64,000 nt of DNA from assembly GCA_963790255.1 (NCBI GenBank), contig CAWBOA010000014.1:21047-85046 (forward strand), given 5' to 3'. Source of the DNA: an uncultured Chloroflexia bacterium. GTDB taxonomy: Bacteria; Chloroflexota; Limnocylindria; QHBO01. Of the stretch, positions 33,217 to 47,142 are shown piece after piece. The notes beneath the pieces were generated by a model. That model saw only the letters and a program-made list of their open reading frames with translations, did no database searches and was not told the DNA's origin. The position numbers were made by a program, and so were the translations under genes. The first letter of the stretch is position 1. Each line of letters starts with the position of its first letter.

Positions 33217-35792
33217 ATGACGTTGTCATACACTGGCCATCACGTTGCCAGGGAGGCTGCCACGCAGGGGACGCCGTCTCGAGCTCCGGCTTTGGCATTC
33301 GGCGCGCGCGCGGCGCGTCGGGTCAGCGTTGCTGTGCTCAGCGGCGCTATCGTCCTCGCGTCGGCACCGACGACGGTCCGGTCTGCCGACCCGCCGGCCA
33401 CCCTCGCGGCGCGAGAGCTCGCTTCCAGCCTGGGCGGCACCGAGGCGGACTTCCAGCTCATCCATGAAGCGCCGACCGTGGCCGGCGGCGGATGGGCCGG
33501 GAAGCTGGTCGACCTGCGTTCAGGAGAGGTCCACGCCGTCCATCTCGATGCTGATGGCACCGTCACGGACGAAGCTGCTGCCCTCAACGACCAGGATGGT
33601 GGCGCCATCGCGCTGCGGGGCAAGGCGGATCGGGCCCTCGCGCATGCCATGGCCAACGCCCAGGCATCGGCGCGCCTGCCCGTCGCGATCTGGCTTGATA
33701 CCGACACCGAGCCTGCCGAGGCCTCGGTTCGCGCCGCCCATCCAGAGGTCGAGTGGTTGGCGGGCCGGCCACTCGCCGCCAGCCTCGACCAGGCGCGCAC
33801 CCTTCGTGGCGAGCTGTGGGAGGCCAGACGGATCGCGTATGCCGCGGCGGCTGAGGGGCTTCGCGCCCAGGTCGAGGCGGCCGGCGGGACGATCGCATAT
33901 GTCAGCACCTCCGCGCCGATCGTCTTCGCCGACGTGCCCGCGGCTGGCATGGATGCGCTCGCGGCCCGTCCACGAGGTCCTCAGCATCGGACTCGAGGCA
34001 GCGTGGGAGACCGAGATGTCGAGCGCCGGCCCAACGGTCCGTGCTAACTGGACCAGCGGGTCAGGCGACCAGGGCTCGGGCGTCCGTGTCGGCATCGTGG
34101 AGTACCACAACGTCCGGAACTCCGGCGACCTCGCCGGACAGGTCGTCGAGTCGTTCAGCACGACCGGCCGGCTGGCCTATGGCGTCGGCTCCGGTGATCA
34201 CCCGACGTGGGTCGGCGGAGCGGTTGCCAGCCGGTCAGGCACCTACCCCGGCGTTGCGCCGGGCGCCGACCTCGTCTCGGCCTCAACCGGCGGATACCAC
34301 CCCAGCCTGAGCACGGATCGCGCGATCATCGAGGCGGCCGACTGGGCGGTCTCGCCCGGCGGTGGCGACGCCGACGTGATCAACGCGAGCATCGGGCAGG
34401 ACACGGCCACCGGCGCCGAGGAGGCGCGGCGCTACTTCGATGCCATCGGCTGGGAGGACGGGCGCCTGGTGGTGTCGGCGTCGGGCAACTTCACGACCTT
34501 CGGCAACTGGGACGTCGTCTCACCCGCGACCGGCTACAACGTCGTCGCGGTCGGTGGCGTCAACGATCGGGGCACGGGGGGCTGGGGAGACGATCGGGTG
34601 TGGTACGTGCCCGGGTCGAACGGCGCGAGCTACCGCGACCGCACTGACGCGCCATGGAACGCGCACGGCGACTTCAACAAGCCGAACCTCTCGGCGCCGT
34701 CGGTCAGCGTCCGCACCGCCAACGGGATGATCGGCGACGGCACGAGCGTGGCCGGCCCGATCGTGGCCGGCATCGGCGCCCAGCTCATTGCGCGCGCGCC
34801 GACGCTCGCGACGTGGCCAGAGGGCACCCGCGCCCTCCTCCTGGCCGGAGCGCGGCGTCACACGCTCATGCCGGATGGATCGGTCAACATCGACCACGAG
34901 GGCGTCGGCACGGCGGACGCGACGTGGTCGAACCGGATCCTGACGGGCAGCGCCTTCGGCGGCTATCGGATCGGCGCCATGCAGGCCGGCGAGGTGCCGG
35001 TCCGGGAGATCCCCGTCATTCGCGGCCAGCGCGTTCGTGTGGCGCTCGCGTGGAGCAGCCACACGTCGGGCAGCAGCAACACGGGCAAGAGCGACACCCT
35101 CGCGTCGGATCTCGATCTGCGCGTGATCGGCCCGGACGGCGCCGTTCGCTGGGGGGCGACGTTCGACAACGCGTACGAGACGGTCGACATCACCGCCGGG
35201 CGGACCGGCACGATGCGGATCGAGGTCCGTGCCTCACGGTTCGGCGGCTCCGATGAGCCGTACGGCCTGGCATGGACCATTGGCGGGCCCTTTGCGGACG
35301 CCGATGACTCCCCCTTCCGCTCCGACATCCTGTGGGCCTGGGACGAGGGCAGTCACGGCGGGCTGCACCTCATCGAGCTACTGCCCGTCGGCGGTCGTGA
35401 CCCGAGAGCAGATGGCGAGCTTCATCGTCAGGGCCCTGAACCTTCCAGGCACTTCGCGCGACTACTTCACCGACGATGGCAGCAGCCCTCACGAGGGCGA
35501 CATCAACGCCCTGGCCCACGCGGGGATCACCGGTGGCTGCCGCGCCTCGGCGTACTGTCCACGGGCCGTCGTCACCCGAGAGCAGATGGCGAGCTTCCTC
35601 GTGCGCGCGCTGGACCTGCCGATGACATCGCACGACGCCTTCACCGATGACGAGGGTAGCGAGCACGAGGGCGCCATCAACGCCCTTGCGCGGGCGGGGA
35701 TCACCGGCGGCTGCGACACGACGCGGTTCTGCCCGCGCGCCTCGGTGACACGTGGCCAGATGGCGGCGTTCCTGCATCGTGCCTTCGACTGA
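33217..35792 (+). CDS. S8 peptidase with prodomain and three SLH-like repeats, frameshifted near 33970 and 35350
   Basis: VGIVE, DHPTWV, SASGN, KPNLSAP, GTSVAGP, DLDLRV; 3x FxD...GC...CP...TR.QMA.F; start uncertain. Confidence 0.85.
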
Positions 35793-36477
35793 TCGCCGCT
35801 TGCGCGCCGCGGTCGCGTCCATCGCGGTCGGCGTCCTTGCCGGATGCGTCGCTGATCCCAGCCCAACCTCGCCCCCGGGCACCGATGAACCGAGTGCCGC
35901 CCCGTCCGAATCGCACGCCAGCCCACGCGCCACTCCATCGGCGAGCGCGACGCCCGGCTTCGCCATCGAGCCCGGCAGGCCATACGACGCGCCCGCCATC
36001 CTCGAAGCGATGCGAACCTCGCGCCGGCCCGGCGGGGTGCCCGACGAGCTCGAGACGGAGGCCATCGCTGCAGCCGTGAGCCAGGTCATCTACACGCTCG
36101 ACGGAACGCCGTGGCCATCGATGGCCATCGGCGGGTCGTGCGGGCCGTCGACGTGCACGCTGGAGCTGGCTGGGACGCCGCAGGCAGCCCTTGGCGAGGA
36201 CCTGTACGTCCTCAGCGTCGCGCCGGCATCGAGCGGGGTCGAGGTGCTCGAGACGAACCTGCGCGGCATGACCCCCGAGATCGCCGAGCATCTCGATGCG
36301 AGGGCTCGGGCCGCGTGGGAGGGGAATCTCGAGGGACTCGTCCTCGCATCAGCGCGCTGGCAGCCACCACCGGACTCGTCGCGCTTCCTGCTCAGCTATC
36401 GGTCGGGTGGCGAGGAAGGATCGCCGGGGGTCGAGCTGATCCTCGACCTGGACACTGGGCGGGCCGAGGAGGGCTGA
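35779..36477 (+). CDS. Hypothetical lipoprotein
   Basis: Lipobox LAGC followed by Pro/Ser/Thr linker. Confidence 0.7.
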   Translation: MPSTDRRLRAAVASIAVGVLAGCVADPSPTSPPGTDEPSAAPSESHASPRATPSASATPGFAIEPGRPYDAPAILEAMRTSRRPGGVPDELETEAIAAAVSQVIYTLDGTPWPSMAIGGSCGPSTCTLELAGTPQAALGEDLYVLSVAPASSGVEVLETNLRGMTPEIAEHLDARARAAWEGNLEGLVLASARWQPPPDSSRFLLSYRSGGEEGSPGVELILDLDTGRAEEG

Positions 36478-36900
36478 CCTCAGCCCACGAGCAGCGGCAC
36501 CTCGACGCTCGTGCCGCCGACGATGCTCCACGCGCGAAACGTGACCGCGGGCTCCGCAAGCGATGCCACCACGTGGGCAACGGGGTAGCGCGCCTCGCGC
36601 ACGTCAGTCGGCGACGGGACGGCCGCCGAGCCGACATGACTGTGGAAGATGGCCACCAGCTCCCCTCCGGCGCGCTCGACCTCGTGCACGATCCTGACGA
36701 GGTCCTCGCCGTGGACGTCGTAGCGATACGGGCTGGCCAACGCGTTCCGAGCGGGATGGAACCAGGTGGCACGGCCCTCGCCCGGCGGCCCGGAGAGCAG
36801 GCCGCAGGCTTCGTTCGGCGCCTCGGCGAGGGCATGGGCGCGGATGGCATCGGCCACCGCGGGCGACAGATGAAGCTCCACCACCGCCGCGGCAGGCGGC

Positions 36901-37994
<1,094 letters not shown>

Positions 37995-37998
<4 letters not shown>

Positions 37999-38429
37999 GG
38001 GGCGGACCCGCCGGCATTGGCGCCGGCCAGCAGGTCGGCCTCGTCGGGCCATCGTGCGGCTGAGCCGATGACGGCCCCCTGGAGCACCTTGTAGACCAGC
38101 AATGCGCACTTCAGCCGGGCCGGACCGATCGGCACACCGAGATTCCCGACGACGTCGCGGGGGTCGATGGCCCGGAGCTCGTCCAGGGTCAGCCCGCGCA
38201 GCTCGTCGGTGAGCAGCGATGCCGAGGCCTGGCTGATCGCGCAGCCGCGCCCGTCGAACGCGACGTCGGCGACGCGACCCTTTGCCTCGTCGAGCAGGAG
38301 CGTGAGCGACATCTCATCGCCGCAGGTTGGGTTCGCATCCGCGAAGTGCAGGTCGTGCGGATCGAGAACGCCGCGATTGTGGGGCTCGCGGTAGTGCTCG
38401 AGGATGAAGTCGCGATAGAGGTTGTCCAT
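37995..38429 (-). CDS. sufU: Fe-S assembly SufU/IscU-family protein
   Basis: NPTCGD, GCAISQAS, RLKCA. Confidence 0.93.
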
Positions 38430-38436
38430 CGGTCCC

Positions 38437-39693
38437 TCAGGCGGTGCCGAACAGGCGCTGCGCGGCGCGGATGCCATCCGCCAGGCGGTCGATCTCCGCC
38501 TCGTCGTTGTAGACGCTGAAGCTCGCGCGCGTCGTGGCGGGCAGGTCGTAGCGGAGCATGACCGGCTGTGCGCAGTGGTGGCCGGCCCGGACGGCGATGC
38601 CGTCGCGGTCGAGGACGGTGGCCACGTCGTGCGGGTGGATCCCGTCGACGACGAAGCTCACCACGCCGGCGTGCTCGTCGGGGGAGGCGGGTCCGAGCAG
38701 CCTGACGCCAGTCACTTCGCCAAGCGTCGCCCAGGCATGCTGGACGAGTCGACGCTCGTGCGCCCGCACCTCATCCATGCCGATCGCCTCGAGATACGCG
38801 ACCGCCGCACCCAATCCGATCGCCTCGGCGATGGCCGGCGTGCCGGCCTCGAACTTCCACGGCACCTCGTTCCACTCGGCACCCTCGAGCGTCACCCGCG
38901 TGATCATGCTGCCCCCGGTCAGGAAGGGGGGCATCGCGTCGAGGAGATCCCGCCGGCCCCACAGCGCACCGATGCCGGACGGGCCGAGCATCTTGTGGCC
39001 GGAGAGCGCGGCGAAGTCCACGTCGAGCTCAGCGAGGTCGATCGGCACGTGCGGCACGCTCTGGGCGACGTCGAGGACGACGATCGCACCGGCCGCATGG
39101 GCGAGGGCCGTGATCTCGGCGACCGGGTTGATCGTGCCGAGGGCGTTGCTGACATGGGTCACCGCGAGCAGCCGCGGCCCGCGAGCCAGCCGCTCGCGCA
39201 GGTCGTCGAGGTCGAGCCGGCCGTCATCGGTGAGGTGGACGTACTCGATCCTGGCGCCCGTCGCCTTCGCCAGCTCCTGCCAGGGCACGAGGTTGGCGTG
39301 ATGCTCCATCTCGGTCGAGACGATGAGGTCTCCGGCGCGCAGGTTCGCCCTCCCCCAGCTGTAGGCGACGAGGTTCAGCGCCTCGGTCGCGTTGCGGACG
39401 AAGACGACCTCGCGCTCGGACGGCGCACCGATGAAGCGCGCCAGCGCGGCCCGGGCGCCCTCGAATCGCGCGTCGGCGTCGAGGCTGAGCTCGTAGATGC
39501 CTCGGTGGACGTTGGCGTAATGGTGGGCGTACGCATCGGCCAGCGCGTCGATCACGGCGCGGGGCTTCTGCGACGTCGAAGCCGAGTCGAGGTAGGCGAG
39601 GGGACGGCCGGAGCTCGTTGGCCGATCGAAGACCGGGAAGTCGGAGCGCAGCGCGGCGGCGTCGAGGGTGGCCGGAACCTGCTCGACGGCCAC
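38437..39693 (-). CDS. sufS: Cysteine desulfurase
   Basis: YLDSAST, EHHAN, SGHKM, RAGHHCA. Confidence 0.96.
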   Translation of the reverse strand: MAVEQVPATLDAAALRSDFPVFDRPTSSGRPLAYLDSASTSQKPRAVIDALADAYAHHYANVHRGIYELSLDADARFEGARAALARFIGAPSEREVVFVRNATEALNLVAYSWGRANLRAGDLIVSTEMEHHANLVPWQELAKATGARIEYVHLTDDGRLDLDDLRERLARGPRLLAVTHVSNALGTINPVAEITALAHAAGAIVVLDVAQSVPHVPIDLAELDVDFAALSGHKMLGPSGIGALWGRRDLLDAMPPFLTGGSMITRVTLEGAEWNEVPWKFEAGTPAIAEAIGLGAAVAYLEAIGMDEVRAHERRLVQHAWATLGEVTGVRLLGPASPDEHAGVVSFVVDGIHPHDVATVLDRDGIAVRAGHHCAQPVMLRYDLPATTRASFSVYNDEAEIDRLADGIRAAQRLFGTA

Positions 39694-39703
39694 TGCGCGC
39701 GAC

Positions 39704-40560
<857 letters not shown>

Positions 40561-40564
<4 letters not shown>

Positions 40565-41052
40565 GCGTTCCTTGCTTCCTGCGTGGGAGCCGATGCCTGC
40601 GCCGCGCGTCGGCGGCGGACGGCCGGCGGATAGGGCGGGCCGCCGGCGGTCTCGACCACCTCGGCCAGGTTGGTCGTGCCGAGCGACAGCGAGAGGGATT
40701 CGTAGACGCGCTGGAAGACCTCGTGCACGCTGCATGGCTGCGGGCGGTCGCAGTGCTCCAGGTCGCCAACGCCCGCGCAGGGCATCTCCAGCAGCGGGCC
40801 CTCGAGCGCGCGAACGGCGTCGGTCATCGAGATCTCATCCGCGGGCCGAGCGAGCCGGTAGCCGCCCGCCTGCCCGCGCGTGGCCGTCACGAGCTCAGCG
40901 CGACGAAGGTCCCCGACGAGCTGCTCGAGGTACGCGTGCGGGAGCTTCTCGCGGCGGGCGATCTCCGCCAGGGAGAGCGGCACGCCCTCGTCGCTGCGGG
41001 CAAGGGTGATGAGGACCCGGATCCCGTACTCGGTGCGGGTGCTGATCTTCAT
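40561..41052 (-). CDS. Rrf2-family (IscR-like) transcription regulator
   Basis: YLEQL...RGQAGGY; C-x8-C-x5-C-x2-H ligand set. Confidence 0.92.
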
Positions 41053-41393
41053 CGTGCTCCCTCCAGGCGCACGCGGACCTCGTCGCCGTCGACGATCGTC
41101 TCGTACGCGCTCACCGGGCGCACCGGCGGCAACGCCAACACGCGGCCGCTGAAAAGGTCGAATCGGCCGCCATGGCGCGGGCACTCGACCGCGGAGTCGT
41201 CGAGCTCGCCCTCGCCGAGCGTGCCACCGTCGTGGGTGCAGACATTGTCGATCGCGCCCCACTCACCGTCCTCGGTCAGGCCGACGCACAGCGACCGACC
41301 GTCGAGCTCGATCACCCGAACGGTGCCAGGCTCGACGTCGGAGGTTCGCGCCACCGTCACGAAGCCGGTGGTCGCCCGCTCGACCGCAGTCAC
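41049..41393 (-). CDS. Rieske-type ferredoxin
   Basis: CTH...CPRH. Confidence 0.93.
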   Translation of the reverse strand: MTAVERATTGFVTVARTSDVEPGTVRVIELDGRSLCVGLTEDGEWGAIDNVCTHDGGTLGEGELDDSAVECPRHGGRFDLFSGRVLALPPVRPVSAYETIVDGDEVRVRLEGAR

Positions 41394-42634
41394 GCTCCAC
41401 CCTCCTGCGTGCCGATGCGGCGCGCCAGCGCGGAGAGGATGCGGTCGCGGATCGTCTCGTCGTGGATCTGGCTCACCACCTGCTCGAAGAAGCCGCGCAC
41501 GATCATCTTCTCCGCGGCATCGGCGTCGAGGCCTCGGGTCTGCGCGTAGAAGAGCTGGATGGGATCGATGGCTCCGGCGGTGGCCCCGTGGCCGCAGCGC
41601 AGGATGTCGTTCGTCTCGATCTCGAGCACCGGGATCGGCTCCGCGCCCGCCTCGGGGCTGAGGAGCAGGTTGCGACACTCCTGGTACGAGCTCGTCTGCT
41701 TCGCCTCGGAACGGACCCGGGTGACGCCGTAGAACGCGGCCCGGGCCCGGTCGTAGAGGGCGGAGAGGTAGAGCAGGTCGCTGGTCGTGTAGCTGGCACG
41801 GAGGTCCTGCTCCGAGTTGATATCGATGTGCTGATCGTCTCCGGCCGCGAGCAGACCGAGGATCCGCGACGTGCCGCCCTTGCCGGCCATCTGAACGTCG
41901 ATCCCGACCTTCGTCACACGCGAGCCGACCTCTGCGTTCAGCGTCGTGACCTCGGCATCCTGTCCGACGATCACCCGCTGCGAGCCGATGTTCCAGGCGC
42001 CATCGCCGAGCTGCTGGAGGTTCGCGTAGCGGACCCTCGCACCCTGCTCGGCGCGGATCTCGACCACGCCACCGAACCAGGTCGCGAAGCCGTCCGGCGA
42101 CGAGGTCTCCTCGAGCAGCGTGACGCTGCTTCCCTCCTCGGCGATGAGCAGGGTCAGCGGAAGGTAGGTGCTCGCGCCGTCCGGCATCCGGGAGCGCACG
42201 ACGAGCGTCCCGTCGACGGCCACGCCGCGGGGGACATAGCAGAAGACGCCGCCGGTCCAGGCGGCCTGCGCGAGGGCCCAGAAGTGCGCGTGCGAGGCCT
42301 GGCCATCGGACTGGCCAAGGTGCCGCCGAACGAGCTCGGGGTGCTCCCGCACGGCCGTCCGCAGGTCGGTGAGGATCACGCCCGCGTCGACGAGCTGCGG
42401 TGGAAGGGTGACCGCGGTGGGCGGTGCGTCGAGCAGAAGGCCGGCGTCGCGCGGCAGGCCGGTGAGGTCGGTGCGGCGCCACTCCTCCTCCAGCCCGGTG
42501 GGCGGGGCGATCGCTTCGGCACGCGTCCACCACGCAGCGCGGTGGTCGCGCAGCCAGTCAGGCTCGTCGAGATGCTTGCCGATGCGCCCGATCGCGTCAG
42601 CGTCGAGCGTGACGGCCGTGGTGACCGCGGTCAC
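41390..42634 (-). CDS. sufD: Fe-S assembly protein SufD
   Basis: EEWRRT, RNLLLS, PVLEI, CGHGAT. Confidence 0.93.
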   Translation of the reverse strand: MTAVTTAVTLDADAIGRIGKHLDEPDWLRDHRAAWWTRAEAIAPPTGLEEEWRRTDLTGLPRDAGLLLDAPPTAVTLPPQLVDAGVILTDLRTAVREHPELVRRHLGQSDGQASHAHFWALAQAAWTGGVFCYVPRGVAVDGTLVVRSRMPDGASTYLPLTLLIAEEGSSVTLLEETSSPDGFATWFGGVVEIRAEQGARVRYANLQQLGDGAWNIGSQRVIVGQDAEVTTLNAEVGSRVTKVGIDVQMAGKGGTSRILGLLAAGDDQHIDINSEQDLRASYTTSDLLYLSALYDRARAAFYGVTRVRSEAKQTSSYQECRNLLLSPEAGAEPIPVLEIETNDILRCGHGATAGAIDPIQLFYAQTRGLDADAAEKMIVRGFFEQVVSQIHDETIRDRILSALARRIGTQEGGA

Positions 42635-44043
42635 CCGACGGCGCCCTCCATCTGGAGCTGGATCAGGCGGTTCATCTCGACCGCGTACTCCATCGGCAGC
42701 TCCTTCACGATCGGCTCGATGAAGCCGTTGACGATCATGGCCGATGCCTCCGCCTCCGACAGGCCGCGGCTCATCAGGTAGAAGAGCTGCTCGGAGCCGA
42801 CCTTGGAGACCGTCGCCTCATGGCCGATGGTGACGTCCTCCTCGTCGATCTCCATGTACGGGTACGTGTCGGAGCGCGCCTCCTCGTCGAGGATGAGGGC
42901 GTCGCAGCGGACGGTCGACTTCGACTTCTCGCAGCCCGGGTAGACCTTGATCAGGCCGCGGTACGAGGTCCGCCCGGTCCCCTTGCTGATCGACTTCGAG
43001 GTGATGAGCGAGGTCGTGTGGGGCGCGGCATGGATGATCTTGCCGCCGGCATCCTGGTGCTGGCCGTCGCCGGCGAAGGCGATGCTGAGCACCTCGCCGT
43101 GCGCCCGCTCGCCGACCAGGTAGATCGACGGGTACTTCATCGTCACCTTGGAACCGAGGTTGCCGTCGACCCACTCCATCACCGCGTCCTCGTGGGCCAC
43201 GGCGCGCTTGGTGACGAGGTTGTAGACGTTGTGGCTCCAGTTCTGGATCGTGGTGTAGCGCACCCGGGCGCCCTTCTTCACGATGATCTCGACCACGGCG
43301 CTATGGAGGCTGGCGGTCGAGTACGTCGGCGCCGTGCAGCCCTCGACGTAGTGCAGCGACGAGCCCTCGTCCGCGATGATCAGCGTGCGCTCGAACTGGC
43401 CCATGTTCTCGGTGTTGATCCGGAAGTAGGCCTGGAGCGGCAGCTCGACGTGGACGCCGGGCGGCACGTAGATGAACGACCCACCCGACCACACCGCGGT
43501 GTTCAGCGCGGCGAGCTTGTTGTCGTTGGCCGGGATCACGGTGCCGAAATGCTCGCGGAAGATCTCGGGGTGCTCCTTGAGCGCCTGATCGGTGCCCAGG
43601 AAGATCACGCCCTGCTTCTCGAGGTCCTCACGGATGTTGTGGTAGACGACCTCGGAGTCGTACTGGCCGCCGACGCCGGCGAGGTACTTCTTCTCCGCCT
43701 CGGGAATGCCCAGCTTGTCGTACGTGCGACGGATGTAGTCCGGCACGTCGTCCCACGACTGCACCGCCTTGTCCGTGCCCGTGACGTAGTAGTAGATGTC
43801 CTGGAAGTCGATCCCGTCGAGGTCGGCGCCCCACTTCGGCATCGGCCGAGACTCGAAGTGCCGAAACGCCTTGAGGCGCAGCTTCGTCATCCACTCCGGC
43901 TCGCCCTTGATCCGGCTGATCTCGGCCACCACCTCCGCGCTGATCCCCTTGGGGAAGGTCGTGCGGGGCTGCTCGGCGTCGTGCCAGCCGTACTTGTAGG
44001 AGTCGGGAACCTGGGTCAGCGCCGGGTTGGGGAGGGCCATCAT
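42631..44043 (-). CDS. sufB: Fe-S assembly protein SufB
   Basis: [35 protein letters not shown]. Confidence 0.98.
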   Translation of the reverse strand: MMALPNPALTQVPDSYKYGWHDAEQPRTTFPKGISAEVVAEISRIKGEPEWMTKLRLKAFRHFESRPMPKWGADLDGIDFQDIYYYVTGTDKAVQSWDDVPDYIRRTYDKLGIPEAEKKYLAGVGGQYDSEVVYHNIREDLEKQGVIFLGTDQALKEHPEIFREHFGTVIPANDNKLAALNTAVWSGGSFIYVPPGVHVELPLQAYFRINTENMGQFERTLIIADEGSSLHYVEGCTAPTYSTASLHSAVVEIIVKKGARVRYTTIQNWSHNVYNLVTKRAVAHEDAVMEWVDGNLGSKVTMKYPSIYLVGERAHGEVLSIAFAGDGQHQDAGGKIIHAAPHTTSLITSKSISKGTGRTSYRGLIKVYPGCEKSKSTVRCDALILDEEARSDTYPYMEIDEEDVTIGHEATVSKVGSEQLFYLMSRGLSEAEASAMIVNGFIEPIVKELPMEYAVEMNRLIQLQMEGAVG

Positions 44044-44069
44044 TCCTCGCTTGCGGGTGACGGGATGGG

Positions 44070-44094
44070 AATCCTGACCGATTTGGTCGGTGTT
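44070..44094. promoter_or_regulatory. IscR/Rrf2 type-1-like operator upstream of sufB
   Basis: AATCCTGACCGATTTGGTCGGTGTT; 25-bp GACC-N7-GGTC dyad; just downstream of a TTGACC-17-GATCAT promoter candidate on the minus strand. Confidence 0.7.
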
Positions 44095-44128
44095 CCTGCG
44101 GGAATGATCCTCCAGCCGCGTCGATCGG

Positions 44129-45307
44129 TCAAACGCCCGCGAGTCGCGACAGCTCCGCTACCGAGGCTCCCGCACCGACGAGCGCCCGCGCGTCCTCCAC
44201 CGGGATGGCGTCATTCACGATCGCGATCTGGATGACGATGCCCGCGACGATGTAGCCGACGACGAAGCGGTCGCCATGCATGTCACCGATGACGACGGTC
44301 TCGTCCCAGGCCGCGGCGAGGCCGACCACGTCCAGGTGATGCCCCGCCACCTCGCTGAAGAGCCAGGACGGCCGCACCGGGGCGGGCGACTCGCCGAGCA
44401 TCGCCACGGCCGCGCGCTCGCCGGACTCGCGGGCCGCATGCCAGTGCTCGACCCGTCGCTGGCCCGCGACGCGAGCGACGTCCCCCGCCGCCCAGATGGA
44501 AGCGTCGGAGGTGCGCTGCGCGCCGTCGACCACGACGCCGTCGTCGACCTCCAGCCCTGCCGCCCGCGCGAGGTCCGTGCGCGGCACGACGCCGATGCCG
44601 GCGATCGAGAACGCGTGGGGCAGTCGCTCGTCGCCGATCCAGGCGCCATCCGACTCGAGCCGGCTGATGGCAGCGTCGGTGCGGACCTCGATTCCCGCGG
44701 CGGAGAGCCGATCGCGCGCCCAGTCGGCGACCTCAGTGCCGAGCGAGCCCCCCCAGAGCTGGGCGGCCATCTCGACCACCGTCGGTCGAAGGCCGAGCGC
44801 GGCCAGGCCGGAGGCGACCTCGACGCCGATGAAGCCACCACCGATCACGGTCACCGGGGCGGCGTGCGCGGCCTCCGTGGCGGCGGCACGGAGGCGCCGC
44901 GCGTCCGGGAGGGTGCGCAGGAGGAGGGCATCGCCGCCCCCGGGAATGGGGAGGCGGCGCGGCTCAGCCCCGGTGGCGATCAGGCAGCGCCCGTAGCCAA
45001 CGCTCGACCCATCCGCCAGCGTCGCTTCGCGCGCTTCGGGGTCGATCCCGGTCACGGTGGCATCGGTCCGCAGGACGACGGCGCGACGGTCGTACCAGCC
45101 CTCGGGCTCGGCGAGGACGAGCTCGTCAGGCAGGTCGTCGCGGAGCAGCTCCTTGCTCAGCGGCGGGCGGTTGTACGGAGCGGACGGCTCGGATCCGACG
45201 ATCAGGATCGACCCGTCGAATCCCTGCCGGCGCAGCGTGCGCGCACAGCGCACCGAGGCGACTCCTCCGCCGACCAGCAGACAATCGACGCGCTCCGGAC
45301 CGCTCAC
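44129..45307 (-). CDS. FAD/NAD(P)-dependent ferredoxin reductase-like oxidoreductase
   Basis: [30 protein letters not shown]. Confidence 0.92.
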   Translation of the reverse strand: MSGPERVDCLLVGGGVASVRCARTLRRQGFDGSILIVGSEPSAPYNRPPLSKELLRDDLPDELVLAEPEGWYDRRAVVLRTDATVTGIDPEAREATLADGSSVGYGRCLIATGAEPRRLPIPGGGDALLLRTLPDARRLRAAATEAAHAAPVTVIGGGFIGVEVASGLAALGLRPTVVEMAAQLWGGSLGTEVADWARDRLSAAGIEVRTDAAISRLESDGAWIGDERLPHAFSIAGIGVVPRTDLARAAGLEVDDGVVVDGAQRTSDASIWAAGDVARVAGQRRVEHWHAARESGERAAVAMLGESPAPVRPSWLFSEVAGHHLDVVGLAAAWDETVVIGDMHGDRFVVGYIVAGIVIQIAIVNDAIPVEDARALVGAGASVAELSRLAGV

Positions 45308-45343
45308 GCGGGCATCGTACCGGCGTCGCTAGACTCGCTCCCG

Positions 45344-46198
45344 ATGCCACTCCCAGACAGCCTCCACATGCGGGCCGCCGCGCCGCCCGACCTGGCGGCG
45401 ATCGCCGCGCTGCGTGACTCCGTCGGCTGGGGCGCGCAGGACTGGGCTCTTCGCGCTGCCATCGAGCAGCCGGACGCCCGCTGCCTGGTCGTCGAGGAAG
45501 CTGACGGGCGCATCGTCGGCGTCGGCTCCGGGATCTCGTACGGCGCCCTGGGGATCGTCGGCAACATGATCGTCGCGGAGGGCCACCGTCGCCGCGGCAT
45601 CGGTGCCGCCATCCTCGACGCCGTGGTCGACTTCCTGCGCGAGCGCGGCTGCTCTCGCCTCGAGCTTTCCGCGACGCCGAGCGGCCGGCCGCTCTACGCC
45701 GGCCGCGGATTCACCGCCATCGAGCCGGGCGTGATGGTCAGCCTCCCGCGCGGCGCCGTCGAAGGCCATCCGTCGGTGCGCGTCGACGCGGAACGCGACG
45801 CTCGCGAGGTCGCAGCCTTCGATGCCCCGCGATTCGGCGGTGACCGGCGGCGGCTGCTCGAGCCGATGGCCGCAGATCCAGCGCGCCCCATGCTCGTCGC
45901 CCGTGAGGGCAGCGCGATCGTCGGCTACGCCTGGCTGCGCGGCGACGCCGCGCGGCTCGGACCGTTCATCGCGGATCGCCCTGACGTGGCGGCCGCGATC
46001 GCCGCCGATGCCTTTCGACGAACCCCCGAGGCTGCGGAGCTCACGATGAACCTGCCCGCTTCGAACGCCCCGGCCACGGCCTGGCTGCGCGCTATCGGGA
46101 TCGCGGTCGAGCCGTGGGACGGCCGGATGGCGCTCGGGCCGCCCATCCCGCGTCGTGACGACACGATCTACGGCAACGTCGTCGGGGCGCTCGGATGA
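45344..46198 (+). CDS. Tandem GNAT acetyltransferase (YitH-like)
   Basis: HRRRGIG, ATPSGRPLY...GF, FGGDR, LGPFIA. Confidence 0.85.
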   Translation: MPLPDSLHMRAAAPPDLAAIAALRDSVGWGAQDWALRAAIEQPDARCLVVEEADGRIVGVGSGISYGALGIVGNMIVAEGHRRRGIGAAILDAVVDFLRERGCSRLELSATPSGRPLYAGRGFTAIEPGVMVSLPRGAVEGHPSVRVDAERDAREVAAFDAPRFGGDRRRLLEPMAADPARPMLVAREGSAIVGYAWLRGDAARLGPFIADRPDVAAAIAADAFRRTPEAAELTMNLPASNAPATAWLRAIGIAVEPWDGRMALGPPIPRRDDTIYGNVVGALG

Positions 46199-47118
46199 CG
46201 GTCACCTCGGGGCTCGTGCTCAGGGCGCGCTCGGGGTTCTACACCGTCGCCACCGACGAGGGCGACCTCGTTGAGGCACGCATGCGCGGACGAGTGAAGC
46301 GGGAGCGCCAGGCGTCCGACCTGGCCGTGATCGGGGATCGGGTCACGATCGCGCGGCAGCCCGACGGCACGGGCGCGATCGAGGCCGTCGAGCCCCGCCA
46401 CCGTCGCTTCAGCCGGCGCCAGCCTGGGCCGCGCGGCTCATGGCGCGAGGATGTCATCGTTGCCAACCCCGACCTCGTGGTCGCGGTCTTCGCCTGCGAT
46501 CGGCCGCCACCGAACCCACGCCTTATCGATCGCTTCCTCGTCGTGGCTGAGTACAGCGAGGTGCCGGTCCTGCTCGTGGCGAACAAGGTCGACCTCGTGG
46601 GCGCCGAGGCGGCCCGCGACGTCTTCGGGCCCTACGAACGGATCGGGTATGACGTCGTCTACGCGAGTGCCAAGGCAGGCATCGGACTCGAGGAGCTGCG
46701 CGACCGCCTGCGGGAGCGGCTGTCGATCGTGACCGGCCCATCTGGCGTCGGAAAGTCGACGCTCCTCAACGCCATCCAGCCGGGCCTTCAACTGGCGACA
46801 GGCGAGGTCTCGGATGCGCTGAGCAAGGGACGCCACACGACCACGCTGGCCGAGCTGCACCCGTTGGATACCGTCGGCGGCGGGTACGTGGCCGACACGC
46901 CCGGCATCCGCGAGCTTGGGCTCTGGGAGATCCCATCCACCGAGCTGGCGTGGTGCTTCCCCGAGTTCCGCGACCATCTCGGGTCGTGCGCCTTCAACGA
47001 TTGCTCGCACCTCCACGAACCGCGCTGCGGGCTTCGCGCGGCCGTCGAGGCCGGCCTGGTCAGCGAGGCGCGATACGACTCGTACCGGCGCATGACGACC
47101 GGCGACCAGGGCGGATAG
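46195..47118 (+). CDS. rsgA: Ribosome small subunit-dependent GTPase A
   Basis: NKVD, GPSGVGKS, GRHTTT, DTPG, C-x4-C-x-H-x5-C. Confidence 0.96.
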   Translation: MTVTSGLVLRARSGFYTVATDEGDLVEARMRGRVKRERQASDLAVIGDRVTIARQPDGTGAIEAVEPRHRRFSRRQPGPRGSWREDVIVANPDLVVAVFACDRPPPNPRLIDRFLVVAEYSEVPVLLVANKVDLVGAEAARDVFGPYERIGYDVVYASAKAGIGLEELRDRLRERLSIVTGPSGVGKSTLLNAIQPGLQLATGEVSDALSKGRHTTTLAELHPLDTVGGGYVADTPGIRELGLWEIPSTELAWCFPEFRDHLGSCAFNDCSHLHEPRCGLRAAVEAGLVSEARYDSYRRMTTGDQGG

Positions 47119-47142
47119 GCGCCACGTACAATCGCCGGCACC

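Noticed and set aside
33960-35360. Programmed frameshifting or phase variation
   Set aside because: No slippery heptamers or long homopolymers at the breaks; similar indels occur in unrelated genes.
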